From Monosiga brevicollis MX1 (taxonomy: Eukaryota): DNA of 48,518 bases. The DNA lies in contig NW_001865055.1 in NCBI RefSeq assembly GCF_000002865.3, positions 195,830 to 244,347 on the forward strand. Reading direction: 5' to 3'. How positions within the stretch are numbered: the first letter of the stretch is position 1; each line of letters starts with the position of its first letter. Positions 12,692-26,386 of the stretch are shown here, in pieces. A program made the translations under genes and the position numbers. The notes beneath the pieces are model-generated. The model did not search any database. It was not told the DNA's origin and was given only the letters and a program-made list of their open reading frames with translations.

Positions 12692-13784
12692 TTAGAGCAG
12701 AGCCGCAATCAGGGCCACGGTGGCCACAAGACCAGCCGTTACCGAGGCGGTGGTCGCGCTGCCAGTGCCGTCGGCGGTGGTGTCGGCGCCACACTTGGCC
12801 ACAATCTTGTCTGCCAGGAAAGGGTGGTCATCGTCATCATCGTAGTCATCATCATCATCGTCGCTGGGGAAGACGGTGTTCAGGTCCAGGCACTCATTCG
12901 AGGGCACGGTGAAGCTGGTGGCGGTGCCAGTGCACGAGGCCGAGCTAGTGTACACGCTGACCACAATCTTCTTGTCCTCACAAGCCACGGTCATGGAGGT
13001 GGGGCTTGCGCGGGCCGCGCGTGGCTCATCATCGTCGTCGTCGTCCTGCTGGATGCAGCTGTCGGTGACAAAGTAGCGCGTGTTGGGTTTATCGGAGCAG
13101 TCATCCTCGTTGTAAAGGAGCATGGTGCCGACGGTGTTCTCCGGGGCGGTGCCGCACGTGATGGAGAAGCCGCCCCCGTTGCACGCGAATGGCTCACTGT
13201 TCATCTATGAAAGCGGTTGAGATTGGAGCAAGGGGCGGTGACAGGCCCGTTAACAGGCTCATATCATACATATCATATCAACCAAGGCTGTGAAAGAAAT
13301 CAAGCCGGGCGAAGCGCGTACCATGTGAGTGCAGCTGGAGCTGTTGAAGATCTTCAGCGTACTGGTCTATACAAAGAAAGAGCCCAGAAGGTGCAAAAGG
13401 TGAGGGGATTTCCATGGTGGTGGATGAAGCAGGGGGGAGGGGACTAACCGCGCAGTCAGCCATGAGGTAAAAGTCTTCGCCATAGTACATGCAAGCGCCC
13501 GAGGTCCAGGCAATGGTGCCAAAGCCCAGGGGGTTGAGGCCTGAGTTGCCATCGCAGGGGGTGATCAGGGCAAACTGGACATCATCGTCTGCCGCGACGA
13601 AGCCAGCTGTTGTGGCAGCGTTTACAAATCATTGTCGATTGATGAGTCCAGAAAGACCGAAAAAAAAAAAAAAAGTGAGACGATAGTGCGACAGGGAGGG
13701 AAACGGCGGGGCGGCGGGGGGGGGGGAAGGCGTCCTCGAAGCCTTACCGCAAAAGACGGCGGCGATCAAGACGATCTTGAACAT
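12692..13784 (-). CDS. Array copy C: secreted Cys/Asp-rich protein with GPI-signal-like C-terminus (~250 aa)
   Basis: MFKIVLIAAVFC|AGFVAADDDVQFALITPCDGNSGLNPLGFGTIAWTSGAC...ADCA|TSTLKIFNSSSCTHM|MNSEPFACNGGGFSITCGTAPENTVGTMLLYNEDDC...AALL*. Confidence 0.9.
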
Positions 13785-13859
13785 GATGCTGATTCCAAAA
13801 GGTGGAAAGATAAATGCCACTGACCCTTGGCGTGTGTGTAAGTAAGCAAGAGCGCGTTG

Positions 13860-14080
13860 TTGTTGAGAGAGGAGTGAGAGAGTGTGTGAGACAGAGACAG
13901 CGAGAGAGATGGAGACGGAGACAGAGAAAGCGAGAAAGAGACAGAGATGTTGATGGAGATGAAGATGGAGAGAAGACAGAGAAAAGAGGGACAGGGCGAG
14001 AGAGACAGAGAGTGAGAGACAGAGACCAGAGGGACAGGGCTAGAGAGACAGAGAGTGAGAGACAGAGACAGAGACAGAGA
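13860..14080. repeat. GA/GAGACA-rich low-complexity tract
   Basis: Visible purine-rich simple repeats upstream of copy C. Confidence 0.85.
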
Positions 14081-14325
14081 TCCGTATGATACAGCAGAAG
14101 CGTGATGGCGTGAGTTTCGTGCCCCCCCACCCCCAACCCGTTTTGGTTGGAATTCCTGCTAAAGTAGGATGCACCTTGGTCCTCCCTCACACGGTATGCG
14201 CTGTTTCAACGGGGGGGGGTTTCTATTAAATTCGTCTCTGTGTGCATGTGCATGATCATCAGAATCAGTTGATCGCTTTTGAATTAATTGATGTGATGAC
14301 GATGCGTGCATGTGATCGGGCAGGC

Positions 14326-15447
14326 TTAGAGCAGAGCCGCAATCAGGGCCACGGTGGCCACAAGACCAGCCGTTACCGAGGCGGTGGTCGCGCTGCCAGT
14401 GCCGTCGGCGGTGGTGTCGGCGCCACACTTGGCCACCATCTTTTCAGATACAAAAGGGTTGCCATAGTCATCATCATCAAAGTCATCGTCGCTGGGGAAG
14501 ACAGCTGACATGTCCAGGCACTCATCAGCGGGCACGTTGAAGGTGGTGGCGGTACCGGTGCACGAGACCGAGTCGGTGAAAACGCTGACCACAATCTTCT
14601 TATCCTCGCAAGCCACGGACATGGAGGTGGAAGACGAGCGAAGCACGCGCCGATCATCATCATCGTCATCGTCGTTCTGCTGGATGCAGCTGTCCGTGAC
14701 AAAGTAGCGCATGTCCGGGGTATCGGAGCAGTCATCCTCGTTGTACAGAAGCACGGTGCCAACAGTGTTCTCGGGGGCGGTACCACACGTGACGGAGAAG
14801 CCGCCCTCGTTGCAGCTAAAAGAATCATTACCCAACTAGAGTAGAAGCATGCGTGGTGCTTATGAGACACAAAGGGCCAACCATCGACTCAGAGCCAACC
14901 TTGGCCGTGTGAAGAGACGAGAAAAAAAGGTAAAAAAAACCAAAAAAAAAAACGGCCATTCAACGCGCGTACCTGATGGGTGCAGGTGGAGCTGTTGAAA
15001 AACTTCAGTTGGTTGGCCTGCAGAGAGTCGAGAAGGGTGGGTGAGCAAGAGGCGATTAGGAGCAGGAGTTGATCATTGGAGGACGGGAGTTTCAAGTCGA
15101 CCGGGGACCAACCGTGCAGTCAGGCATAATGTAAAAGGTATCACTAAAGCGGATGCAAGCACCCGAGGTCCAGGCAAGGGAGCCAAAGCCCAGGGGATTC
15201 GCGCCATCATTGCCATTGCAAAACGAGATCAGAGCAAACTCGACGTCGTCATCGGCAGCCGCGACAAGGCCAGCTGTTGAAGCATGTCGAGTCGCGTTGC
15301 TTGATGAGTGCACAAAACGAAAAATCTGCGCCCAGGCGCGAGAGTAGATGTGTTCGGGGGTCTCCCACAAATCACCCCTGGCCGCAGGTAGCACATTGAA
15401 GCCTTACCGCAAAAGACGACACCGGCGATCAAAACGAGCTTGAACAT
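14326..15447 (-). CDS. Array copy D: secreted Cys/Asp-rich protein with GPI-signal-like C-terminus
   Basis: MFKLVLIAGVVFC|AGLVAAADDDVEFALISFCNGNDGANPLGFGSLAWTSGAC...PDCT|ANQLKFFNSSTCTHQ|LGNDSFSCNEGGFSVTCGTAPENTVGTV...AALL*. Confidence 0.9.
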
Positions 15448-15489
15448 GATGCTGATTCCAAATCGAGGAAAGATAAAAATGCCACTGAG

Positions 15490-15556
15490 CGAGAGAGCAA
15501 GAGAGCGAGGAGAGATTTAGAGAGAGAGAGAGATTGAAAGAGAGCGAGGAGAGATT

Positions 15557-15605
<49 letters not shown>

Positions 15606-15705
15606 CGAGAGAGAGAGATTTTTACAGCGACGGAGAGAGATTTAGACGGAGAGAGAGACAGAGAGAGAGATTAAGAGCCATTTAGAGAGAGAGCGCGCGC
15701 TTGAG
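15490..15705. repeat. (GA)n microsatellite
   Basis: Visible GA tract upstream of copy D. Confidence 0.93.
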
Positions 15706-16194
15706 AGAATGATCTCAAAAAAAAGAGCTCGTGCAGGCGGGGTGGTAGGGCGTCATCAGACTTTCAAGGCCCAGGTCCGTCGTCATGACGTGTTTATTAC
15801 AGCTGCACGAGTTTCAAAGCATACTTTTTGACCCTTCTGACATTAAATATGTCCTCCCAAAGCACAAAAATTTGTGATTTGCCAACGGATTTTTTTTTTT
15901 GATGATTTGCGGCTAGCGGCGACACGAGATGGGGCTTGCGGAGTTCTGAGGCAACCCTAGACCATGCATGGCCTTGCCATCGGACTGGTTGAGACGAGCG
16001 CCAGGATTTGACAGAGGGATCAGCATGATGTGTGTTTAAGTGTGTGTGTGTGTGCGTGTGTGTGTGTGTGATACCAATGCCAATTTGTGCGTGATCACAT
16101 TGAAATTTTGGGTTCACAAGTCAAACTAAAAAAGACAACTGCGTCTAATAAAAAAAAAACATTCATCGAGCTGGACACGGCAGAGGCAGCCCAG

Positions 16195-16757
16195 TTAAAA
16201 AAGGGCGGCGACAAAAGCCACGGTGGCGATGAGGCCAGCCGTCACGGAGGCAGTGGTTGCACTGCCGGTGCCATCAGCGGTGAGATCGGCGCCGCACTTG
16301 GCAACGACATTGTTGGAGAAGAAAGGGTGGTCATCGTCATCGGCGCAGTCACAATCGTCGTCGCTGGGAAAGATGGAGCTCAGCTTCATGCACTCGTTGG
16401 CGGGCACGTTGAGAGAGGTGAAGCTTCCGCTGCACGTGCCGGAGCCGGTGTAGACGTTCAGCATGATATCCTTATTCTCGCAGGTAACAGTCATGGAACT
16501 CATGTCATCATCGTCAACGTAAGTCTGAAAGCATTCGTCGGTGACAAAGTAGCGCAAGTTGGGGGTATCGGAGCAATCGCCCTCGTTGTACATGAGCAGC
16601 GTGCCAACGGTGTCCTCGGGGGCTGAACTGCACTTGTACCGAAAACCACCCGCTCCGCAGTTGTTCAGGGTGATCGAATCCATCTGAAACAAAACCGGAT
16701 TCAATGCGCCAGGCACCATCAGAGAGACGACATTCAATGTTGATTGCGAGCTTGCCA

Positions 16758-16811
<54 letters not shown>

Positions 16812-17305
16812 ACACACACACACACCGTCGTGCATGAGCCAAGGGGACTGATTTACCTGGCTGCTGCTGAGACATGAAGAGGCGTTGTGAACCGTAAGCA
16901 TACCAGTCTGTGCATAGAGTTGGTTGCAGCGTGCGCATGAGAGGTCAAACCGGGACCAGTTGCAAGAAAGCCCGCTCATACGTGTGCCAGCCAACCCGTC
17001 ATGAAACGAACCGTGCAGTCAGCCTTGAGGTAGACTCCATCAAATTCCATGCAAGCCCCCGAAGTCCAGGCGATGGTACCAAAGCCCAGAGGGTTGTAGA
17101 AGTCATCGTCGTTGCAATTTTCAACCGTCACAAACTGAGCGTCTTCGGCAGCCGCAAGGCCAGCTACCACATGTCAAGGCGTCAAGTGAGACCGTCATTA
17201 TGACGTATCAAGTGCACTGTACCATCGGCTGCCCCGTTGCGAAAGCACCAATGCCCCAGTCGGCTTACCGCCAAGGAGAGCAGCGATCACGATGGTCTTG
17301 AACAT
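16195..17305 (-). CDS. Array copy E: secreted Cys/Asp-rich protein with GPI-signal-like C-terminus
   Basis: MFKTIVIAALLG|AGLAAAEDAQFVTVENCNDDDFYNPLGFGTIAWTSGAC...ADCT|TGMLTVHNASSCLSSSQ|MDSITLNNCGAGGFRYKCSSAPEDTVGTLL...KCGADLTADGTGSATTASVTAGLIATVAFVAALF*. Intron 3 contains a (TG)n tract. Confidence 0.9.
16756..16824. repeat. (CA)n microsatellite (intronic, copy E)
   Basis: Directly visible. Confidence 0.95.
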
Positions 17306-18321
17306 GATGCAGGTCAAGGCACAACGTCGTTGGAAAAAAATGCCCACTTCTGCTTTAACAGAACAAGCGGCGGAAGCAAGTTAAGGGGGCGGGGCCGGGG
17401 TGGCGTCTTTCCCAGCTCGAGCCGTTCATAGGACGCCGTTGGGACTATCGTGGACTAGTGTAGTAAATTTTGAGGTTAATGCAGCAGATGAATAGATATA
17501 GTGCATACAACGTTGTGGTGTGATATAAGAAGATGGAGCTAGGAAGGTGGTTAACAAACTACCAAACCCGTGACAGAATGGGTGACGCAAGTCAATTCCT
17601 CGGAATTAATTTTGGCAGGGGAAAAGCGAGGTTTGAGCGTGTGGCAATTTGAAGTGAAATCGCATTGCAATTGTGTTGGCACGTGTACTTTCACCCCCGC
17701 GGATGGGTTGCTTCGACCCCATAATGACAATCCCACTGTGATTTGAGGGTATTCCGTGGGTATCACCAGAACCTCAAGGTGTGACACAAATGCCAAATCG
17801 CCACCTTGAGCTGCTGTTGTGTGTGGTAAACATGCCAACGCCCCGCCCCCCTTCTCTAGCATCATCCTATGGAAGTGCCGCTTCCCATAGTAGGCAGGAG
17901 TTTTTCTCGTTCTGCCGCGTGATTCGTGCCATTGCCTGGACGGCCCAAGGCAGCTAGCGCATCGCTCAGAGGGTCGTTGGCTGCTGGCTACAGGAGCGCA
18001 AGTGTACCGGCACCGACGGACGCAAGTCTCAAGCATGAAATGATTGGCAAAAGCACTCGCACCAGTGCCAGCAATGCATCAGTCCAGTCGCAAGTGATTC
18101 TAGCTGTTCAATTGTTATCGAAAGGACGAGGCACAAGGGGTCCCGCCATGGAAGGGACAAGGGCCGCGACCTCGACCGTCTCTCCGCGGTCAGAAGCATC
18201 TCGAGCCATTAAAGGTGGTGCCTCGCTGACACTGACGGTGTAAAAATTGGGATCGGCCGTCAAAAAATGCGCCAAGCTCGACGACTGGATGGATAAGGAT
18301 GTGATTGCCCTACTAGCCAGC

Positions 18322-19394
18322 TCAATGCAGCGCAGCCACAATCAGGGCGGCAATGGTCAGGAGCAGAGGCCAGCTGGTCGGGCTCCAGAGCGCGGCGCCG
18401 CTACCGTCCAACGTGTTATCGGCACCACACTTGAGGTGAGCATAGGTGTAGCCCAAGACGTTGTTGGCGCCGTCATCATCACCCGAGTCGATAATGTCTT
18501 CAAACTCCAGGCACTCGTTGCTGCGCAGGGCAATCTTTTGGCTGCTGCCATCGCACGTGTTTGTGCTGTACGTCAGGACCTTGACATCGTCGCTTTCACA
18601 GGCAAACTGGAAAGAGGAGCTGGGTCCCGAGGCCTTGCAGTCGCTCGACATCCACATGCGGGCTGGCGGGTTGGACGAGCAGTCCGTCGTCTCGTACAGC
18701 AGCATCGTGGCCACGGTCGACGCCGGTGCGCGGCCGCACTCAAAATAAAACGCATCTGCCACACACGTGCTAAAATCTGTCGTGCTGGTCACCTCCTGCG
18801 AGATGCGAGCGGAGGCCCGCGAGAGCAGGTCGGCGGCGTGAGAATGTGAGTCAAGGTGTCACTCACCCTTTGACCTTGTCCCCAACTCCTCGTCTGGCTG
18901 GTCCAAACCCGACAGGTCTCCAAGAGAAATACGTACCGTAGTGCAGGCAGCATCGGAATAAGTCGTGATGCGTGCCTGCAGGAGGTCAGCAGTGGCCATG
19001 CATATCAGCAAGCACAGACAGTATCAAAACACACTCTCAGAGAAAGGCACGGACAAGCAAGGAACGGCACCCAGCGCGAGATGAAAGCCTACGTTGCTGC
19101 CGCACACGGGCTTGACATAGAGCGTGCCCGCTTGCAAACATGTGTTGGTGGACACGGCTGTCACGCCCATGAAGGGGTCGTTGTGGTGGCACAGCGTCAC
19201 CTTGGCGGCGTCAATCTCCACTACCGCCCGTGCCGAGCAGACTAAAGGAGAGCACAGGTGTCAACACCGACACATTGTTTATTGTGAGCTTCTCCAGACC
19301 AGGCGGGAGGGCGAGGGGAAGCACAGCGGGAATAAGAAGCGCACGCACCGGTCAGGGCCAGCAGAGCGAAGAGTCCTCGAAAGCCTTGAGCCAT
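18322..19394 (-). CDS. Array copy F (most divergent): secreted Cys-rich protein with GPI-signal-like C-terminus
   Basis: MAQGFRGLFALLALT|VCSARAVVEIDAAKVTLCHHNDPFMGVTAVSTNTC...PVCGSN|ARITTYSDAACTT|EVTSTTDFSTC...APASTVATMLLY...LKCGADNTLDGSGAALWSPTSWPLLLTIAALIVAALH*. Same four-exon layout and KCGAD motif as copies A-E. Confidence 0.82.
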
Positions 19395-20204
19395 GGCGAT
19401 GATGATTCAACAGGTAACGCCTACCGACCGGAACGAATGACACCTCTATGCAACTCAGATGAAAAAAAAAAAGGGAAAAAGAAAATGCTCAACTTGCATG
19501 CTCCACCGGAACTCCAACCCACAGCCGCCCAAAGCCAGCGAGCCAGTGAGCCAGCGAGCCGGCGGCGCAAGGGGGCGGAGCCGCGGCGATGCAAGAGCAG
19601 TGTGAGACTTTTCATCATTGTCCGCATTTAGATAGTTGATGCAGGTAAGATGAGAGTTATTGTAGTTTGACAAGGCTCTAGTGTGTTATTTACAGGATAC
19701 TTTCCGTCGATATGGCTGTACAAGTTGCAGCAAGTAAGACCGGTGTTGATCGTTGTAAATTCATGTTCAAAAAAAAAAACGATGGGGAATGCTCGACGGC
19801 AGCGGCAGGGTGCGGGGTCTTTGGCACGACGCGCCGGCAGCATGACTTGATGCATGGATTGCGGCGGAAGGATTTGGTGGCTTCCTTATACTACACGGCC
19901 TTGCCTCTCCTTGTGACATGCACCGTGTTTGGAGCACGGCATGAGCAGCACACAAATCATTATGATTCATCAGAATTCTTGGCCGAAACGGCACACAGTT
20001 GGGCAGCCACGACACAAACACAGTTGAGCGGAAAAGTCAGTTCTCGGTTACACTGGGCGAACCTTGGGGCAAATCTGATCTCGTGCCGCAAGGCGTACGA
20101 AGAAAACGTCAAAACAAGTCAAAGAAAACCAAAACAACAACGACGACGACGACCACACCAATTCAAAGCAACAACGAGAAAGGCGGCATCCTTCCTGCGC
20201 TGCT

Positions 20205-22903
<2,699 letters not shown>

Positions 22904-23410
22904 GGCCGCGTTTTCTATGCTGCTGGGCCTGCAGGGGAGCCAACTACCGGGCGGTTGGGTTGTCATGTGAGCTTATCCAGGGCGTTCAGGGTCTGATTTT
23001 TCAAACAAGAAAAACAAGAAAGAAAAAGCACGTGACGCATCGCCCAGCCCATTGCAGAGCAAGGACAGTTGGGTCTGCCTGGCTCAGGGGGACGAGGGAT
23101 TCATGAGCGTCAACTCTCAGACAAGATCCCCGGTCCCGGTCGAGCGAGATCCAGCCAATTTGCCTTGGTGCCTCTACCCCATCCCCATCCCGTCCAACCC
23201 CACAACTTGGAATCCCCCACATCACCACAGGGACACAAACACCCCCCAGCCCCTTCCATCACAAGGAGCACACCGCAGGGCACACAAGACCACGAGAGAG
23301 AGCACCAGAGCCCCCACCGCCCCCCGTCGCTGAGGGAAGCGAGCGCGCATGGACCGCCAAACGATCACGCCCCCCCCTCCTCTACCTCTGCAAAGTTTAG
23401 TCTTGAATTG

Positions 23411-23450
23411 AGAGAGAGAGAGAGAGTTTTGAGAGAGAGAGAGAGAGAGT

Positions 23451-23493
<43 letters not shown>
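23411..23493. repeat. (GA)n microsatellite
   Basis: Visible GA run upstream of the rhomboid gene. Confidence 0.95.
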
Positions 23494-23499
<6 letters not shown>

Positions 23500-24220
23500 T
23501 GGGATGTGTGTGTGATATTTAAACTCCACAAGGAACGGCAAAACATGCTCTCACACGCACACGGATGCACGCAGCGGCTGCCAACAACAACAACAACAAC
23601 AACGAGAGGCTAACATGTACATGTAACCTCCGATGTAAAAGTTTAAACTTTGTAACACGTTCGTAAAAGTTTAAGAAGCTGAAGTTTGTAAACTTTATGA
23701 CATTCGGTGCCGAGCTGGCATGACCAGGAAATAACCTGTTGTCAACTACTGTTGACAACGATTCCGCCCTGCCCGCCCCTTTTCGCGTCTCTTTTGTTCT
23801 CGTGGGGCGCGGACCGCACTTTTTTTTTGCAAACGGCAGCGCGGGCGGGATCCGGGTGCTTTTGCCTCTTCGAGCGTGATTCGTGCAGATCATTTCGACG
23901 GGAGGTGATTGATCATCGTCTCAGAGGGATCCAGGGTGTCGTGTGGTCTCTGGCTTTTTTTTTATCGCTTTTTTATTCTTGGTACGCCTTGGTTGCATGC
24001 CGCCCCGCCCTCGTTGCCGATCGATCCCCGCGTGCAAGCGCCTGGACGTGTGAAGGGTGTCAAGTGATGCCGTGTGGCAGTGTTCAACCGGTCATTGCTT
24101 GTTGTTGGTTGTTATTGGCCTCAAGGGGCCAGCTGCTTCCCTCTGTTTTTTGTTCTTCTAACCCTGTCTCGATACGACTCACTTCTTGGCCACAGACCCC
24201 ACCAAGCAAGACCTTTCACC

Positions 24221-24973
24221 ATGTCTAGCGTCGTCGCCTGTCACGAGTGCAACAAGCCCGTACACAACCGGTACGCTCAACTCGGTCAAATGAAGGCAAC
24301 CAGTCATTTTTCCCGAGCGCTGGGCCAGAACACACGCAAATTCGGTCTGGCCTCATCCCTCATTCTTGCCCGCCCTTACACCTCTCTGGCGTCTTTCGCG
24401 GCATCAAACTTAGGTTCTGCACACACTGCGGTGCCCAGTCCAAGGCCTGGAGCTCAAAGAAGATTGAGGGCGCTCCCACCACCATTGTCTTTGACAAGAC
24501 CCTCTACCCTTACTGTTTGTTCTCTTGCCTCTTCTGCTGCCCGCTGCGCGTGGTGATTAGCAACAAGCGCGTGGACACCAGCCATGGCTGGTGCATGTCC
24601 AACCTGGATGTCATTGAGTAAGTTTCCTCCAGGGGCCTTGTCCATGGTTGCCAGCTTGCAGGCACGCAGACTCGTATCCGCGTGTCGCTTTGAACACGAG
24701 CCGCAAGCCACCATGTGCCAACCCGATCCACCACACGTCCCACCCGCGCTCTGACACTGGCTCTCCTCTTACCCCTTTAGCCTGCGCCGCATCACCGAGA
24801 TTGAGTTTGACCGTACCGTGTGCGGCCTCTGTCTGGGCCGTGGCACCATCACGATCCATGCTTCTGATGAAACCAACCCCGTGACCAAGATCAGCTGCTT
24901 CCGGGCCAAGCAGGTTTACAAGGATCTTCGCACCGCCTGGAACAAGGCCAAGCTCAACACGGTCGTTTCTTAA
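24221..24973 (+). CDS. Small protein: N-terminal Zn ribbon (CHEC...FCTHCG) plus bacterial PH-like (bPH_2/DUF304-like) domain
   Basis: Exons 24221-24270, 24414-24617, 24781-24973 splice in frame: MSSVVACHECNKPVHNRFCTHCGAQ...LRVVISNKRVDTSHGWCMSNLDVIDLRRITEIEFDRTVCGLCLGRGTITIHASDETNPVTKISCFRAKQVYKDLRTAW...*. The domain call is from recalled motif resemblance (L.RI..V...R......G.GTI.I.S.D). Confidence 0.75.
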
Positions 24974-25808
24974 CTACCCGCTGCTCTGCTTTGCAAGCCG
25001 GGATGTTGTGTCGTACCTTTGATTGTGATGCCCCCTTTGTGATGCCCTTTCCATTGCCGAGTCGTGCTAGAAGAGAGGTTGCGGGAAGAGGCGCGGCGCG
25101 CGCTTCTCTGCCAAGAACAATCACAACAGCCGATTGTGTGGCCCCTCTCCTCAACGCCTCATGTCCGTTTTCTTCCAAGACCATTAATTCATGTTGATGC
25201 GTGCCTGCTGCCCCGTTTGCACGGCCTTTTTGTTGATCTGCAACCGATACACCCAGGGGACCACACCTTTCCGTGCTCGGCTACCAAGGAGAAAGTCAAA
25301 AGGCGAATGATGTCGCATGAATTGCACAAGTGCAACGCCAAACACGCAACAGCTAAATCGAGTGAACACACTACATTCTCATCTTCAGGACAATCGACGG
25401 ACACATGGTTGTGTAGCAAGTAACATCACGGCACGAGTGGGTGTTGTTTACTCCGTTCAAGTTCAAGACCAAGGTTCTCCAAAGCGAGAGCGACTGATGG
25501 ACTTGACACAAAGCAGGCAAGCGACAAGAGATGGAGGGGCGTGACCAGGGCGTGTGTTCACCAGGACTCCTCCTCACGGTCGCAAGCAAACGCCAGCTGA
25601 ACAACACCAACACCAACGACGATGCCAGCACCAGCACAAGGCTGCAGAAAACACAAAAAAAGAAAAACAAGAAACCAAGCAAACATACACACACACACAC
25701 ATCCACACAAGGAAAAAAAACACAAACATCGACGAGTAGAAACTCAGGAATGGATGCCCAAGAATGCGGCAGATACCCCATCCAACACATCAGCAGAAGC
25801 ACGAGTGT

Positions 25809-26353
25809 TTACTTGGTGCCATAAGTGCTGGCATCGCCATAGGTACCTTCGGCTTGGCCGTAAGTGCCTTGGGACTGACCGTAGGCACTGGCATCACCGT
25901 AGGTGCCCTCACCGTATGCGCCATCGCCGTAGTTACCCTCGTCTTGACCGCCAACGGTGAAGTAGGTGTCCACACCACCATATTGGTTTGGGGCTGCGGC
26001 ATACTGGCCGCCATAGTCGCCGTATGTGCCCTGAGCATCGCCGTAGGTGTCACCATACGTTTGCATCACACCGGCCGTCGGTACTGGGTTGGCTGTGTCG
26101 TACAAGGGTTGACCACCCTTGCCCTCTGCGTCAGCAGCAGGATAGAAGGCCGATTAGGTAAGGCACTTGGGAGGATGAAATAAAGCCCAACTGAGATGGA
26201 GGACCGAGGCTCAGACAGACAGACACAACCGTAGACAGACATAGACAGAGAAACACATACAGGCACTAAAGTCCAACTGAGATGGAGGACCGAGGCTCAG
26301 ATAGACAGACACAACCGTAGACAGACACAGACAGAAAAACACATACAGGCACA

Positions 26354-26386
<33 letters not shown>

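Noticed and set aside
17600..17620. AATTTTGG Sm-site-like sequence suggesting an snRNA
   Set aside because: No U1/U2/U4/U5 hallmark sequences adjacent.
7708..18849. Long plus-strand Val/Ile/Ser-rich ORFs (e.g. 7708-8238, 10386-10853, 12824-13210, 16087-16626, 18247-18849)
   Set aside because: Antisense shadows of the array's Asp-rich exon 4; GAC/GAT runs read as GTC/ATC/TCA on the other strand.
25371..25600. Possible extra 3' exon of the PTB gene encoding an SH2 domain
   Set aside because: The in-phase translation (NWRLLATVRRSPGEHTPWSR...) has no WF/YHG or FLVRES-like motif.
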